A DNA stretch of 38,087 nucleotides from Candidatus Aminicenantes bacterium (GTDB lineage Bacteria; Acidobacteriota; Aminicenantia; Aminicenantales; Aminicenantaceae). The stretch is from NCBI GenBank assembly GCA_030671065.1, contig DAOVAM010000003.1, forward strand, positions 1-38,087, written 5' to 3'. The number at the start of each line of letters is the position of its first letter. Position 1 is the first letter of the stretch. Under the pieces are notes generated by a model. The model saw only the letters and a list, made by a program, of their open reading frames with translations. It was not told the origin of the DNA and ran no database searches. The position numbers and the translations under genes were made by a program. Below, one piece after another: positions 26,679 to 37,077 of this stretch.

Positions 26679-28766
26679 TTACTTCTCTTCTTCTTCAGGT
26701 TTGATCCGGCCCTCTTTGATCGCATCACTGATGATTTTTTGCTGGAGCTGGCCTGGGATCTCTTCATAATGAGAGAATTCCATAAGATAGGAACCCCTCC
26801 CTCCTGTGATCGAAGTGAGAGTGGGTTCAAAATCCAGCATTTCAGCCATCGGGACTACTGCTTTGATGATTCGTAAATTTCCCTTCTGCTCCATTCCTTG
26901 AACCTTTCCTCTTCTTCCATTGAGATTCCCCATAATATCCCCCATGTACGCTTCAGGGGAATAGACTTCGATATTCATGATGGGTTCAAGTATGGTCGGT
27001 CTGGCCTCTTTCATTCCTTTTTTGAATGCCATGGAAGCGGCAATCTTGAAGGCGATATCAGAAGAGTCCACATCATGGTAGGAACCATCATATAGGATAA
27101 CTTTAAAATTTACTGCCGGATAGCCTGCAACCACTCCCTTTTTCCGTGCTTCCTGAATTCCTTTTTCGATGGAAGGAATGAAGTTTCTGGGTATGGATCC
27201 ACCGAATATCTTATCCTCAAATTCAAAATCCGTTCCTTTTGGAAGAGGCTCCATTTTGATATTGACATCTCCGTACTGTCCGCGCCCTCCTGTTTGCTTC
27301 TTGTACTTGCCCTGGACATCTGATTTCCCCTTGATAGTCTCCTTATAGGGGATCTTGGGCGGCTTGAGATCAACATCCACATTATACTTTTCCTTTAAAC
27401 GATCTGTGACAATTTCTACGTGAAGCTGTCCATTCCCAGAAATGATCAATTCATGGGTTTCAGGCTCTCTTTCTATTCTCACAGTGGGATCTTCCTCTAT
27501 AATCCGGTGAATAGCTTGGGAGATCCGATCCTCATCCGCACGGGTTTTAGGTTCAATGGCAAAAGAGATTGACGGCTCGGGAAAAACGATAGGATGAAAC
27601 TCGATAGATGCTCCTTTGGCACACAGAGTATCTCCTGTTGAGGTCTCTTTTAATTTTGCCGTAGCTACCAAGTCACCCACTTTTGCCTGTCCCGCAGGTA
27701 TCTGCTCCTTCCCTTTAAGGAAGAAAAGTCCTCCTAATTTTTCAGTGAAATCCTTGTTTGAATTCAACACAGAGGCATCCGGATTAACTTTTCCTGAAAA
27801 AATCCTCATCAAAGAAATCCTTCCCGTGTAAGGATCAGAAATTGTCTTAAAAACGAGCCCTGAAAATGGCTCATCCAGCGAGGATTTCATTGCCCCTTTT
27901 TTTCCTTCGACCTCCCCTCTTTCAATCGGTGACGGGAAAAAATTCACTATGCCATCAAGGATAATCTGAGTTCCGACGTTCATAAGGGCAGAAGCGATGA
28001 ATATGGGGAAAAACTGCCTGCTGAGCAGGCTCTTTTTGAGGCCTTCTATGAGTTCATCAGTGGAGAGCTCTCCCTTTTCAAAATATTTGTCCATCAACTT
28101 TTCGTCGTTTTCAGCGACCATCTCAGTCAGCTCTTCGATCTTCTTTTCGGCTTCCTCTTTCATATCCTCTGGGATCTCCTCTTCCTTGAATTTCCCGCTT
28201 TCATCTTTTTCAAAAACGTAAGCCTTCTTGGTTATTAAATCCACAACTCCGGTAAAATTTTTTTCTGCTCCGATAGGAAGCTGAACTGGAACGGCCTGAC
28301 GTCCAAAAAATTGATGGATAGATTCCACGGTCCGATTGTAATTGGAATTTTCTCTATCCAGCTTGTTGATGATGATCATTTTGGGAAGATTCGCTTCCTT
28401 GAGCATCTCCCATACTTTTTCTGTCCCGACCTCTATACCAGCCACTCCACACACCAAAACCACACCTGCATCTACCGCTCTCAAGCTTGCCCGGGTATCC
28501 CAGAGAAAATTTGTGTAGCCCGGGCAATCCACAAAGTTAATCTTGCAGCCTTTCCACTCTAAAAAGCAGACTGCGGAATTGATAGAAATACTCCTCTCTA
28601 TCTCATCGGGATCATAATCTGTCACTGTGTTTCCATTTTCCACTTTTGTAAGTCTGGAAGTCATTCCAGCATTGAATAAAAAAGCAGAGGTTAAGGACGT
28701 TTTGCCTGAGGAACCATGACCGACTACAGCAACATTTCTGATTTTATCAGCATTATAATCTTTCAT
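26679..28766 (-). CDS. fusA: Elongation factor G paralogue (EF-G2 type)
   Basis: GHGSSGKT, DCPGY, NKLD, GQLHVEI, KQTGGRGQYG and GSYHDVDSS motifs; outside the str operon; switch I reads RSISI. Confidence 0.92.
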   Translation of the reverse strand: MKDYNADKIRNVAVVGHGSSGKTSLTSAFLFNAGMTSRLTKVENGNTVTDYDPDEIERSISINSAVCFLEWKGCKINFVDCPGYTNFLWDTRASLRAVDAGVVLVCGVAGIEVGTEKVWEMLKEANLPKMIIINKLDRENSNYNRTVESIHQFFGRQAVPVQLPIGAEKNFTGVVDLITKKAYVFEKDESGKFKEEEIPEDMKEEAEKKIEELTEMVAENDEKLMDKYFEKGELSTDELIEGLKKSLLSRQFFPIFIASALMNVGTQIILDGIVNFFPSPIERGEVEGKKGAMKSSLDEPFSGLVFKTISDPYTGRISLMRIFSGKVNPDASVLNSNKDFTEKLGGLFFLKGKEQIPAGQAKVGDLVATAKLKETSTGDTLCAKGASIEFHPIVFPEPSISFAIEPKTRADEDRISQAIHRIIEEDPTVRIEREPETHELIISGNGQLHVEIVTDRLKEKYNVDVDLKPPKIPYKETIKGKSDVQGKYKKQTGGRGQYGDVNIKMEPLPKGTDFEFEDKIFGGSIPRNFIPSIEKGIQEARKKGVVAGYPAVNFKVILYDGSYHDVDSSDIAFKIAASMAFKKGMKEARPTILEPIMNIEVYSPEAYMGDIMGNLNGRRGKVQGMEQKGNLRIIKAVVPMAEMLDFEPTLTSITGGRGSYLMEFSHYEEIPGQLQQKIISDAIKEGRIKPEEEEK

Positions 28767-29068
28767 CTTGAAGCCTCCAAAGAAATACTAAACTCGTTTT
28801 TTATTCTGTTGTTTGTTTGACTTTTCAACTAAACAGTAACGAATATAATACACTAAAATTTCCTTCCTTCTCAAGATAAAATTTACTGCCAGATATTCCA
28901 GCGAGGTCTAATAAGTTCTCAGAGTCAAACTTTGGCAATGGTGATATTTTTAAAACAAGGATCACGCCAAAATTGAGTTATCCAGATTAAGACAGGCCCA
29001 ATTGTTTTCACTTTCAAGATTTGACTCACGAATAACTAATTTTCAGTATTATTAAAGACTTCCTCCAT

Positions 29069-29980
29069 TTAGGAAAGATTCTCCAGAAACTCTTCCAAAT
29101 CCCTGGGTAAAGGAGAGGAGAATTCAACTCGCTCTTCAGTCTCTGGATGCACAAAAGACAGGTAAAAAGCATGGAGGAAGAGACGGGCAATATGGATTTT
29201 TGTTTTTCGACGCCCATACCGAGAATCCCCCACGAGTGGATGGCCTGCCGCAGCCAGATGAACTCTTATCTGATGAGTCCTTCCTGTCACAGGCTTTATT
29301 TCAAGGAGAGTGAATTCTTGATACTCTTTCTGAACAGAGAACAGAGTCAGAGCATCTCTTGGTTTTTTTGTGCTGATCGAAATCCTCTCACCGTGTTTCA
29401 CATGCCGTCCGAGTGCCCAGGTGAATTCTCCTTTTTTCTCGGGCATTCTCCCCCACACGAGTCCGTGATAGAGCTTCTCAACCTCTCTTTTTTTGAATTG
29501 ATTTTGTAAACTTGAGGCGACATTCCTATTTCTGGCGATGACCATCAGTCCCGATGTTTCTTTATCCAATCGATGAACAATCCCGGATCTGTCTTCCGGG
29601 CCAACATCTTTGATATCGGGAAAATGGAAAAGTAGTCCATTGACCAGGGTGTGCGTCCTGTTTCCTGCCCCAGGATGAACGACCATTCCAAAGGGCTTGT
29701 TAACGATAAGGATATGAGGGTCATCATAAATTATATCTATAGGGATATCTTCCGGCTGAATTTTGACTGGTTCTATCAACTCATAATCAATATCCACTCT
29801 CTCTCCATCTTTCAGTTTATAGTTTGATTTTCTAACTACTCCGCTGACACTCACTCTTTTTGCATTGATGATTTTTTGAATCTGCGAACGTGTCAATTCA
29901 CTGATCTTTCCAGATAAGAAAACATCCAGCCTCTGATTCAAACCAGATAAAGGTGTTACGAGGAATTCTCTTTTAAGCAC
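29069..29980 (-). CDS. rluD: RluA-family pseudouridine synthase with S4 domain (RluD-like)
   Basis: RLDVFL, NKPFGMVVHP, HRLDKETSG and TGRTHQIRVH motifs; lspA-lgt context. Confidence 0.9.
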   Translation of the reverse strand: MLKREFLVTPLSGLNQRLDVFLSGKISELTRSQIQKIINAKRVSVSGVVRKSNYKLKDGERVDIDYELIEPVKIQPEDIPIDIIYDDPHILIVNKPFGMVVHPGAGNRTHTLVNGLLFHFPDIKDVGPEDRSGIVHRLDKETSGLMVIARNRNVASSLQNQFKKREVEKLYHGLVWGRMPEKKGEFTWALGRHVKHGERISISTKKPRDALTLFSVQKEYQEFTLLEIKPVTGRTHQIRVHLAAAGHPLVGDSRYGRRKTKIHIARLFLHAFYLSFVHPETEERVEFSSPLPRDLEEFLENLS

Positions 29981-30770
29981 TTTTTCTTTTTCTCAAAATG
30001 AGAAACAGAGTCACTCCGAGGATCAGGCTCACGATACTGAAAAACTGAGGAAAAGAAAGGCTAAGAAAGGGGGAAGGATTGCGGATTAGAAAAGTTTTAG
30101 CAGGATGGTCTCCACGAAAATACTCAACAAAAAAACGAATTATGGAATAATTGATGATATAGAAAGAAAAAACCTGGCCATCAAATTTCTTCTTTTTCAG
30201 GATAAAAAACAGTACGAAAAAGTTCAGGAAATTCAAGGCCGCCTCGTAGAGCTGTGTGGGATGAAGAGGCGTATGCAGTGTGATACCAGTGAGATTACGG
30301 GCATATTCGTTCTTAAAAGTCACGGCCCAGGGAAGAGAACACTCACTCCCAAAACAGCATCCTGCACTGAAACAACCGATGCGACCAAAACCATGGCCTA
30401 GCGCTAATGCAGTCCCCACGATGTCCGCGGCTTTCCAGGTCGGAATCCTATTCTTCCGAAAATACCAGAGTGCAAAAATGATTCCAAAGGCAAGGCCTCC
30501 CTGGAAAACTCCGCCTGATCGTGCCAGGCTGAACAGCTCTGCTGGTCGCTGCATATAATAAGAGAAATCTCCAATGAACAGAATTAATTTGGCTCCGACT
30601 AAAGAAATGATAATTGTATAGAAAGCCATATCGAGCATCTTTGGAGCTTGAAGTCCGTGTTTTTTGGACTGGACATAAAGAAACCACAACCCTAAAGCCA
30701 CACCCAGCGCAAGCATAAAGCCATACGTATGGATCGTTAATGGTCCTAATTTTAATAGGATGGGAAACAT
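29973..30770 (-). CDS. lgt: Prolipoprotein diacylglyceryl transferase
   Basis: GGVFQGG, GRIGCF.AGCC, HPTQLYE and RFFVEYFRGD motifs. Confidence 0.95.
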   Translation of the reverse strand: MFPILLKLGPLTIHTYGFMLALGVALGLWFLYVQSKKHGLQAPKMLDMAFYTIIISLVGAKLILFIGDFSYYMQRPAELFSLARSGGVFQGGLAFGIIFALWYFRKNRIPTWKAADIVGTALALGHGFGRIGCFSAGCCFGSECSLPWAVTFKNEYARNLTGITLHTPLHPTQLYEAALNFLNFFVLFFILKKKKFDGQVFSFYIINYSIIRFFVEYFRGDHPAKTFLIRNPSPFLSLSFPQFFSIVSLILGVTLFLILRKRKSA

Positions 30771-31246
30771 GTTGACCTTCTTTTGAATAGCAGTATAAAA
30801 ATCAGAAGAAAAGCACCTGAAGTGATGCTGGCATCGGCAATGTTGAATGATGGCCAGTGCCAGTTTTTTATGTAAAAATCCAGAAAATCAATCACATATC
30901 CCCTGAAAACGCGATCGATCAAATTGCCCAAAGCGCCGGCCAGGATGAGGGAGAGTGAAATTTTCATGAATCTATCTGAGATGGGTGTTTTAAAAAAATA
31001 GTAGATAACAAAACCCAGGGCCGCGAGAGAAACCAGGGTGAGGAGAACATACAGAACCTGACTTCCAGATTGTGAAAAGAAGCCAAAGATCACTCCTCGG
31101 TTTCTGATATGAGTAAGATTAAAAAAACCGGGGATTATTCTTTTACTGCTCTGAACTGTTAGGCTCTGGGCTATGAATGCCTTTGTGAGTTGGTCAAAGC
31201 TCAGTAATACAACAATGATTAAATAATAAAACGCTTTTCGATTCAT
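30752..31246 (-). CDS. lspA: Lipoprotein signal peptidase II
   Basis: DQLTK, NRGVIFG, GALGNLIDR, VIDF and FNIAD motifs; start ATG 31246 overlapping the ileS stop. Confidence 0.95.
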   Translation of the reverse strand: MNRKAFYYLIIVVLLSFDQLTKAFIAQSLTVQSSKRIIPGFFNLTHIRNRGVIFGFFSQSGSQVLYVLLTLVSLAALGFVIYYFFKTPISDRFMKISLSLILAGALGNLIDRVFRGYVIDFLDFYIKNWHWPSFNIADASITSGAFLLIFILLFKRRSTCFPSY

Positions 31247-34020
31247 GAATTTAAGTTCTTCACCACTTCTTCGCATCGTTGACAGAAGTGTGGATACTCA
31301 GGATTTTTACCAACATAGGAAGAAAAATTCCAGCATCTCTGACATTTTTCCCAGGAAGCTTTTTTAATTTCCACTTCCAGTTCTTTGCCTGCTCCCGGCT
31401 CCAGTTCCACGGCAGACACGATGAACAGAGAAGGGAGTTCTTTATCATATTTTTTCAATAGCTCTTCTTGTGAAGCGGGGATCTTGATCGTAACGACAGC
31501 CTCAAGAGAATTCCCGATAAGACCTTCCTCGCGCGCTCCCTCAAGCTGTTTGAGGACTTTCTCTCTCACGAGCACCAGGTTCTGCCATTCCTCATACAAT
31601 TCCTCACTCAACCAGGTCTCTTCGAAGGAGGGAAATTGCTCTAAATGGATCGATTCTCCCTTTCCCTTAAAGTCCGGGATAGTGTCCCAGGCTTCTTCAG
31701 TCGTGAATGGTAAAATTGGAGCCATGAGCACGAGTGTGGTCTTGAGAAGGTGAGATAGAGCGGTTTGGGCAGAACGCCGAAGCGGCGATTCTTTACTCGA
31801 ACAGTAAAGCCTGTCCTTGATCACATCCAGATAGAATGCGCTCAAATCAACAGTGAAGAAATTATAGATTGTATGGAACACGATATGATACTCATAGTTC
31901 TTATAAGCATTGAGGATTTTCCTCCCAACTTTAGCCCATCGTTCCAGTATCCATTTATCAAAGAATTCCATCTTCTGGTTCTCTATTCCATCCCTATCCA
32001 GAGAAAAATCATAAATATTACCTAGGATAAATCTCCATGTGTTCCTGAGTTTCCTATAGGCCTCAATAAGCCTTTGAAGGGTTTCTTTTCCGAAGCGTGC
32101 ATCCTCTTTATAATTGAGCATCGCCACCCAGAGCCTCAGGATCTCGGCTCCGTTCTTCGAGATGACCTCATCGGGATCTACGAAATTCCCAAGAGACTTG
32201 GACATCCCTCTCCCCTTCTCATCTAGGACAAATCCATGCGTAATCACGGACTTGTAAGGAGATGCACTTTTTGCTGCAATCCCTACAAACAGCGAACTGT
32301 TGAACCAGCCGCGGTACTGGTCATGCCCTTCCACATAGACATCTGACGGCCATGGAAGATCGCTTCTGTCTCCAAGGACATTGTGGCTTGCCCCTGACTC
32401 AAACCATACATCAAGGATATTGTTCTCTTTATTGAATTTTTGAGACCCACATTGAGAACACTTCATGTCCGAAGGGAGGAGTTCTCTGGGTTCTTTAATG
32501 AACCAGGAGTTTGAACCTTCTTTCGAAAAGATGTCTGCAATTCTCAGGGTGATTTTCTCATCAGCCAAAATGTGGCCGCAATCATGACAGTAAAATGCGG
32601 GAATCGGGACACCCCATGAACGCTGTCTGGAAATACACCAATCGGGGCGGGCGCTCACCATGTTGGCAATCCTCTGTTCTCCCCACGGTGGTATCCAGCG
32701 TACTTTTTTTATCTCTTCCAGCGCCTGTTTTCTTAAATCACTCTTATCCATGGAGATGAACCACTGAGCTGTGGCACGGAAAATCACTGGATTCTTGCAT
32801 CGCCAGCAATGCGGATAGGAATGGACAATCTCGTCCTCCTTCAAAAGGGAGCCATCCTTCTTCATGTCTTGAGTAATCTTTTTATTTGACTCAAAGACAT
32901 TCATACCGCCGTATTTCTCGACCTGGGGGATGAATTTTCCCTCACTGTCCACTGGAGTATAGATTTCTAATCCCGTGGCTATTCCGGTTAAATAATCCTC
33001 ATAGCCATGACCAGGAGCGGTGTGCACACAGCCTGTACCCTGGTCAAGAGTCACATAATCAGCCAGGACGAAAACCGATTCTCTATCGATGAAAGGATGT
33101 CGCGCTTTCAGCCCTTCCATCTCTTTCCCAGGTAAAGTCACAAGCACTTTTATCTCTTTAATATCTAATTCTTCGTTGAGAACAGGTATCAGTCTCTTAG
33201 CAGCTATAAAGACATCTCCATCCGTCTCGAAGGCAGCATATTCATAGTCCGGATGGAAGGCAATGGCAAGGTTGGCCGGAAGAGTCCAGGGAGTCGTGGT
33301 CCAAATCAGGACAGAGACTTTTTTATCTTTTAATACAGGATATTTCTTAGAAAGATCCGAGATCATCGGAAATTTGACATAGATAGATGGAGATTTCCGG
33401 TCTTTGTACTCTATTTCGGCCTCAGCCAGCGCTGTTCTGCAATACGGGCACCAATGGACTGGCCTTTTCCCTTTGTATATGTTTCCAGAAGCAAAAAAAG
33501 CAGCGAGGTAGCGGATAACATTTCCCTCATATTTGGGATTCATGGTTAAATACGGTTTGTCCCATTCGCCGAATACACCCAGTCTTTTGAACTGATTCCT
33601 CTGGATATCGACGTATTTCAGCGCGTACTTTTTGCACTCTTCCCGAATCTGTATAATTGAAAGCTCTCTTTTCTTTTCTCCAAGAAGTTTGTCGACCTTA
33701 ATTTCAATCGGAAGACCATGACAATCCCAACCTGGTAAATAGGGGGACCTGTACCCCTGCATGGTTTTCGTCTTGACAATAAAATCCTTTAAAATCTTGT
33801 TTAAGGCTGTTCCGAGATGAATGCCTCCATTGGCATAAGGAGGGCCATCATGTAGGACAAATGAGGGACTCTTCTCCCTCTTTTTCTGGATCCTCTGGTA
33901 AAGATTCATTTCCTCCCACTTCTTAATGAGTTCAGGTTCCTTTTGGGATAATTTAGCCTTCATGGAAAATGATGTCTGAGGAAGGTTCAAGCTCTCTTTA
34001 ATTTTCTCTCCGTCCGCCAT
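31243..34020 (-). CDS. ileS: Isoleucyl-tRNA synthetase (type 1, C-terminal Zn finger)
   Basis: HDGPPYANG, HLGT, GWDCHGLP, WTTTPWT, DWCISRQR, GMSKS and CQRCW...CQRC motifs. Confidence 0.97.
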   Translation of the reverse strand: MADGEKIKESLNLPQTSFSMKAKLSQKEPELIKKWEEMNLYQRIQKKREKSPSFVLHDGPPYANGGIHLGTALNKILKDFIVKTKTMQGYRSPYLPGWDCHGLPIEIKVDKLLGEKKRELSIIQIREECKKYALKYVDIQRNQFKRLGVFGEWDKPYLTMNPKYEGNVIRYLAAFFASGNIYKGKRPVHWCPYCRTALAEAEIEYKDRKSPSIYVKFPMISDLSKKYPVLKDKKVSVLIWTTTPWTLPANLAIAFHPDYEYAAFETDGDVFIAAKRLIPVLNEELDIKEIKVLVTLPGKEMEGLKARHPFIDRESVFVLADYVTLDQGTGCVHTAPGHGYEDYLTGIATGLEIYTPVDSEGKFIPQVEKYGGMNVFESNKKITQDMKKDGSLLKEDEIVHSYPHCWRCKNPVIFRATAQWFISMDKSDLRKQALEEIKKVRWIPPWGEQRIANMVSARPDWCISRQRSWGVPIPAFYCHDCGHILADEKITLRIADIFSKEGSNSWFIKEPRELLPSDMKCSQCGSQKFNKENNILDVWFESGASHNVLGDRSDLPWPSDVYVEGHDQYRGWFNSSLFVGIAAKSASPYKSVITHGFVLDEKGRGMSKSLGNFVDPDEVISKNGAEILRLWVAMLNYKEDARFGKETLQRLIEAYRKLRNTWRFILGNIYDFSLDRDGIENQKMEFFDKWILERWAKVGRKILNAYKNYEYHIVFHTIYNFFTVDLSAFYLDVIKDRLYCSSKESPLRRSAQTALSHLLKTTLVLMAPILPFTTEEAWDTIPDFKGKGESIHLEQFPSFEETWLSEELYEEWQNLVLVREKVLKQLEGAREEGLIGNSLEAVVTIKIPASQEELLKKYDKELPSLFIVSAVELEPGAGKELEVEIKKASWEKCQRCWNFSSYVGKNPEYPHFCQRCEEVVKNLNS

Positions 34021-34065
34021 GTTGTTCTCCAGTTCGTTCCTTATTTCATTATTATAGAATAAGTT

Positions 34066-34093
34066 ATTTTACTTCTCCACAATAAAAAGTCAA
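34066..34093 (-). promoter_or_regulatory. sigma70 promoter of ileS-lspA-lgt-rluD
   Basis: TTGACT-N16-TAAAAT, ~45 nt upstream of the ATG. Confidence 0.5.
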
Positions 34094-34253
34094 CGATGCA
34101 CGCCTAAAGAATTGGCTTATCCAAAGAGCATAACGTAGAAAAAAGGAATCTCTGAAAATGGAGCTGAAAATGAATTCCGAATCTCAATATTTCGTACAGA
34201 TCTTTAGAAAAACATCGAAAACAGTGTCATTCAACGAGCCTCGGAAGTTTGTT

Positions 34254-35825
34254 TTATTCCTTTAAAAAATGGGCGCCTAAACTGTTGGGATTGCCAAGGG
34301 CTGCATAGGTGATCAGCAGGGCCACTTGAATTCCATGCTTGAGTCCCACAACCTTTTCATCCATTTTAGCCTCTTTATAGAACTTTTCGATCCTGTGGCG
34401 AAGATAATCTAGGTCTGCTTTCGCCCTCTCCAGCCGTTTCTTTGTGCGAATGATCCCTGCATAATTCCACAGAGTTGACCGGATAGAAATCCAATCCTGG
34501 TTGATCAAGGCTGGATCAACCTCTTCTTCTTTATAAGGATAATACCAGTCATGGATTGAAGCTGGATCCTGGAGTGCAGGCTCAAAATGTGAAGCGATGT
34601 GCTTGGATACTCTCCTTCCCCAGACTAATCCTTCCAGCAGAGACGTGGACGCAAGGCGGTTTGCCCCGTGAACGCCGCTGCACGAGACTTCTCCTACAGC
34701 ACAGAGCCGTTTCAGCGAACTCTTTCCCCATTCATCAACCAGAATCCCTCCACAACAGTAATGAGCCGCAGGAACCACCGGGATGGGCTCTTTTGTGATG
34801 TCAAACCCATAACTCAAACACGTTTTATGGATGTTGGGAAACCTCTTTTTGATATCAAATTTCGCATAGGAGACTAAATCCAAATAGACGTAGCTGGAAT
34901 TACTGTTCGTCATTTCCTCATAAATCGCTCTGGTCACTTCATCTCTCGGAGCCAAATCCCTTTTTTTGTTATAATTTTCCATAAAAGTCAGGCCTTCTTT
35001 TGTTATCAAGCGGCCTCCCTCTCCTCGCACAGTCTCAGAAATCAAAAAACCATCTGCGTCGCGGTGAAAGAGAGAGGTGGGATGAAACTGGATATATTCC
35101 ATGTTGACAATCCTGGCTCCAGCTCTGTAGGCCATGGCATAGCCATCCCCTATGGCTCCCATTGGATTTGATGTGTAGGAATACACCGCACCACAGCCTC
35201 CTGTGGCCAAGATGGTATAAGGAGCAATAATTGTTCTCACTCTCTTGGTTTGGTTATCCAGAACATAAGCTCCCATGCATTTTGGTTCAGTGTAGAACGA
35301 TTTTGGATTTTTTGAATGATGAGGTACGGTCAATAAATCCACTGCCGTATGGGCAGCCAAAATCCTCACGTTGGAAAACTTCTTTAAGGCCTGAATAAAC
35401 CTCTCCTCTATCGTTTTTCCAGTTGTATCCTTAGTATGAAGAATACGTCTCCGGGAATGTCCCGCTTCCTGTGCGTAATCCAATGAATCCGAAGAACTTC
35501 TCGAAAAAGGGATACCGAGTTCCTTGATCAAGACTTCGTCAACCGTCTTCTTCCCTTCCCGCGCCAAAATCTCAACCGCTTTGGGGCTATTGATATTATC
35601 ACCGGCTTCGAGGATGTCCTCTTTGAGGAGTTCAGGGTAGTCGTCTTTTCCCAATGATACGATTCCGCCCTGAGCATAAAAAGTGTTCGACTCCTCAAGC
35701 TTTGAACTTTTGGAGAGGACAATCACCTTCAAACCACTTTTTGCTGCCTCCAACGCTGCGCTGGCTCCAGCAATCCCACAGCCTATTATTAAGATGTCTG
35801 TGAATAGTCTTTTTTCTTTAGACAT
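34254..35825 (-). CDS. nadB: L-aspartate oxidase
   Basis: GCGIAG, AQGGI, EAGHSRRRILH, QFHPT, LISETVRGEG and HGANRLASTSLLE motifs; start ATG 35825 (alternative 35840). Confidence 0.95.
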   Translation of the reverse strand: MSKEKRLFTDILIIGCGIAGASAALEAAKSGLKVIVLSKSSKLEESNTFYAQGGIVSLGKDDYPELLKEDILEAGDNINSPKAVEILAREGKKTVDEVLIKELGIPFSRSSSDSLDYAQEAGHSRRRILHTKDTTGKTIEERFIQALKKFSNVRILAAHTAVDLLTVPHHSKNPKSFYTEPKCMGAYVLDNQTKRVRTIIAPYTILATGGCGAVYSYTSNPMGAIGDGYAMAYRAGARIVNMEYIQFHPTSLFHRDADGFLISETVRGEGGRLITKEGLTFMENYNKKRDLAPRDEVTRAIYEEMTNSNSSYVYLDLVSYAKFDIKKRFPNIHKTCLSYGFDITKEPIPVVPAAHYCCGGILVDEWGKSSLKRLCAVGEVSCSGVHGANRLASTSLLEGLVWGRRVSKHIASHFEPALQDPASIHDWYYPYKEEEVDPALINQDWISIRSTLWNYAGIIRTKKRLERAKADLDYLRHRIEKFYKEAKMDEKVVGLKHGIQVALLITYAALGNPNSLGAHFLKE

Positions 35826-35836
35826 TCCTGTTCGCC

Positions 35837-36664
35837 TCAAAATTCAATACTGATATCCACTGATTTATAGGAATGAGTCAAACTTCCGACTGAGATAAAA
35901 TCCACCCCAAGCGCAGCAACCTCTCTGATTGTTCTCAAGGTGACCTTCCCTGAAACCTCTAATGGCACCTTTCCCTTCACCCAATCGACCACTTCTTTCA
36001 TTTTTTTTATCGGCATATTGTCGAGCATGATCATGTCCGCCCCGCTGCGAACAGCTTCCTGGACTTCATCTAGGCTGGTGGTTTCCACTTCCACTTTGAC
36101 TCCAGGCTTAATCTTACTTTTTGCTTTTTTCACGGCTCCGGAAATGCTCCCCACTATATTCAGATGATTGTCTTTTATCAGAACCATCTCGGAGAGATTG
36201 TGGCGGTGATTCACTCCTCCCCCCGTTTTCACCGAATACTTTTCCAGGCTTCTCAAACCCGGAGTTGTTTTCCGTGTATCCAGTATTTTTGTCTTTGTTC
36301 CTCTCAAAGCATGGACATACTTCCTTGTCGTGGTTGCGATACCAGACATTCTCTGGAGAAAGTTCAAAGCTGTCCTCTCACCCTTCAGGAGTGAAACAGA
36401 AGGGCCTTGAATCGTGGCCAGTGTCTCGCCTTTTTTGAATTTTTGTCCGTCATTCATTTTTTTCCTGAAATCAACAGAGGAATCAATTTTCTCGAATACT
36501 CTTCGGGCAATCTCAATTCCTGCAAGAATGCCCTCCTCCTTGGCTAAAATGACGGCTTTGGATTCAGAATCAGGAGAGATAATACTTTCGGAAGTGATGT
36601 CTCCGCGAGGCATATCTTCTTCTAAAGCAGCCTCAATGATCGAGTCTAAAGCATCTCCATTCAT
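35837..36664 (-). CDS. nadC: Nicotinate-nucleotide diphosphorylase (quinolinate phosphoribosyltransferase)
   Basis: ERTALN, DTRKTTPG, LIKDNH, IMLDN and SVGSLTH motifs. Confidence 0.97.
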   Translation of the reverse strand: MNGDALDSIIEAALEEDMPRGDITSESIISPDSESKAVILAKEEGILAGIEIARRVFEKIDSSVDFRKKMNDGQKFKKGETLATIQGPSVSLLKGERTALNFLQRMSGIATTTRKYVHALRGTKTKILDTRKTTPGLRSLEKYSVKTGGGVNHRHNLSEMVLIKDNHLNIVGSISGAVKKAKSKIKPGVKVEVETTSLDEVQEAVRSGADMIMLDNMPIKKMKEVVDWVKGKVPLEVSGKVTLRTIREVAALGVDFISVGSLTHSYKSVDISIEF

Positions 36665-36672
36665 GTAAAAAG

Positions 36673-36701
36673 ATTATAGTTTTTTCCTGTTTGTCAGTCA
36701 A
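36673..36701 (-). promoter_or_regulatory. sigma70 promoter of nadC-nadB, directly abutting the start codon
   Basis: TTGACT-N17-TATAAT, 8 nt before ATG 36664. Confidence 0.7.
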
Positions 36702-36935
36702 TAAGTGCCCCTTCTCTGAAAAATTAATTTTAAATCCGATAAAAAGAAATCGAATGGTAAAGGTGAAGATTCAGGAGTGAAGCCGCTTCAAAAAAACTTG
36801 ATTCTGAAAAGAGTAAAAAATGAATCCGAGTTGATTTTCCTCGCCGGGGAATACCAATAGACTCCGAACTCTCAGCATTCGTTTCTCTATCCTGGAAAAG
36901 AATCGGATTCCACAGCAACTTTTGATTTGCCATCC

Positions 36936-36964
36936 TTGACTCTATTTATTAAAATATCTAAGCT
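36936..36964 (+). promoter_or_regulatory. Putative sigma70 promoter of the opine dehydrogenase gene
   Basis: TTGACT-N17-TAAGCT. Confidence 0.45.
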
Positions 36965-37077
36965 TTTTAAAAATGTTATTTATTTCATAGTATTCATTTC
37001 AATCTAGATAAATCTAATAAAAGGATACCTGTCCTCGATGAAAATAAGCAGTTTCTTTAAGGAAAGGATGAGCAAAA

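Noticed and set aside
28800-28846. Imperfect AT-rich hairpin in the EF-G2 leader
   Set aside because: Low complexity and many bulges; not distinguishable from chance
34021-34253. T-box riboswitch upstream of ileS
   Set aside because: No T-box consensus (AAGGTGGTACCGCG-like) or terminator seen, and the promoter lies only ~45 nt from the start
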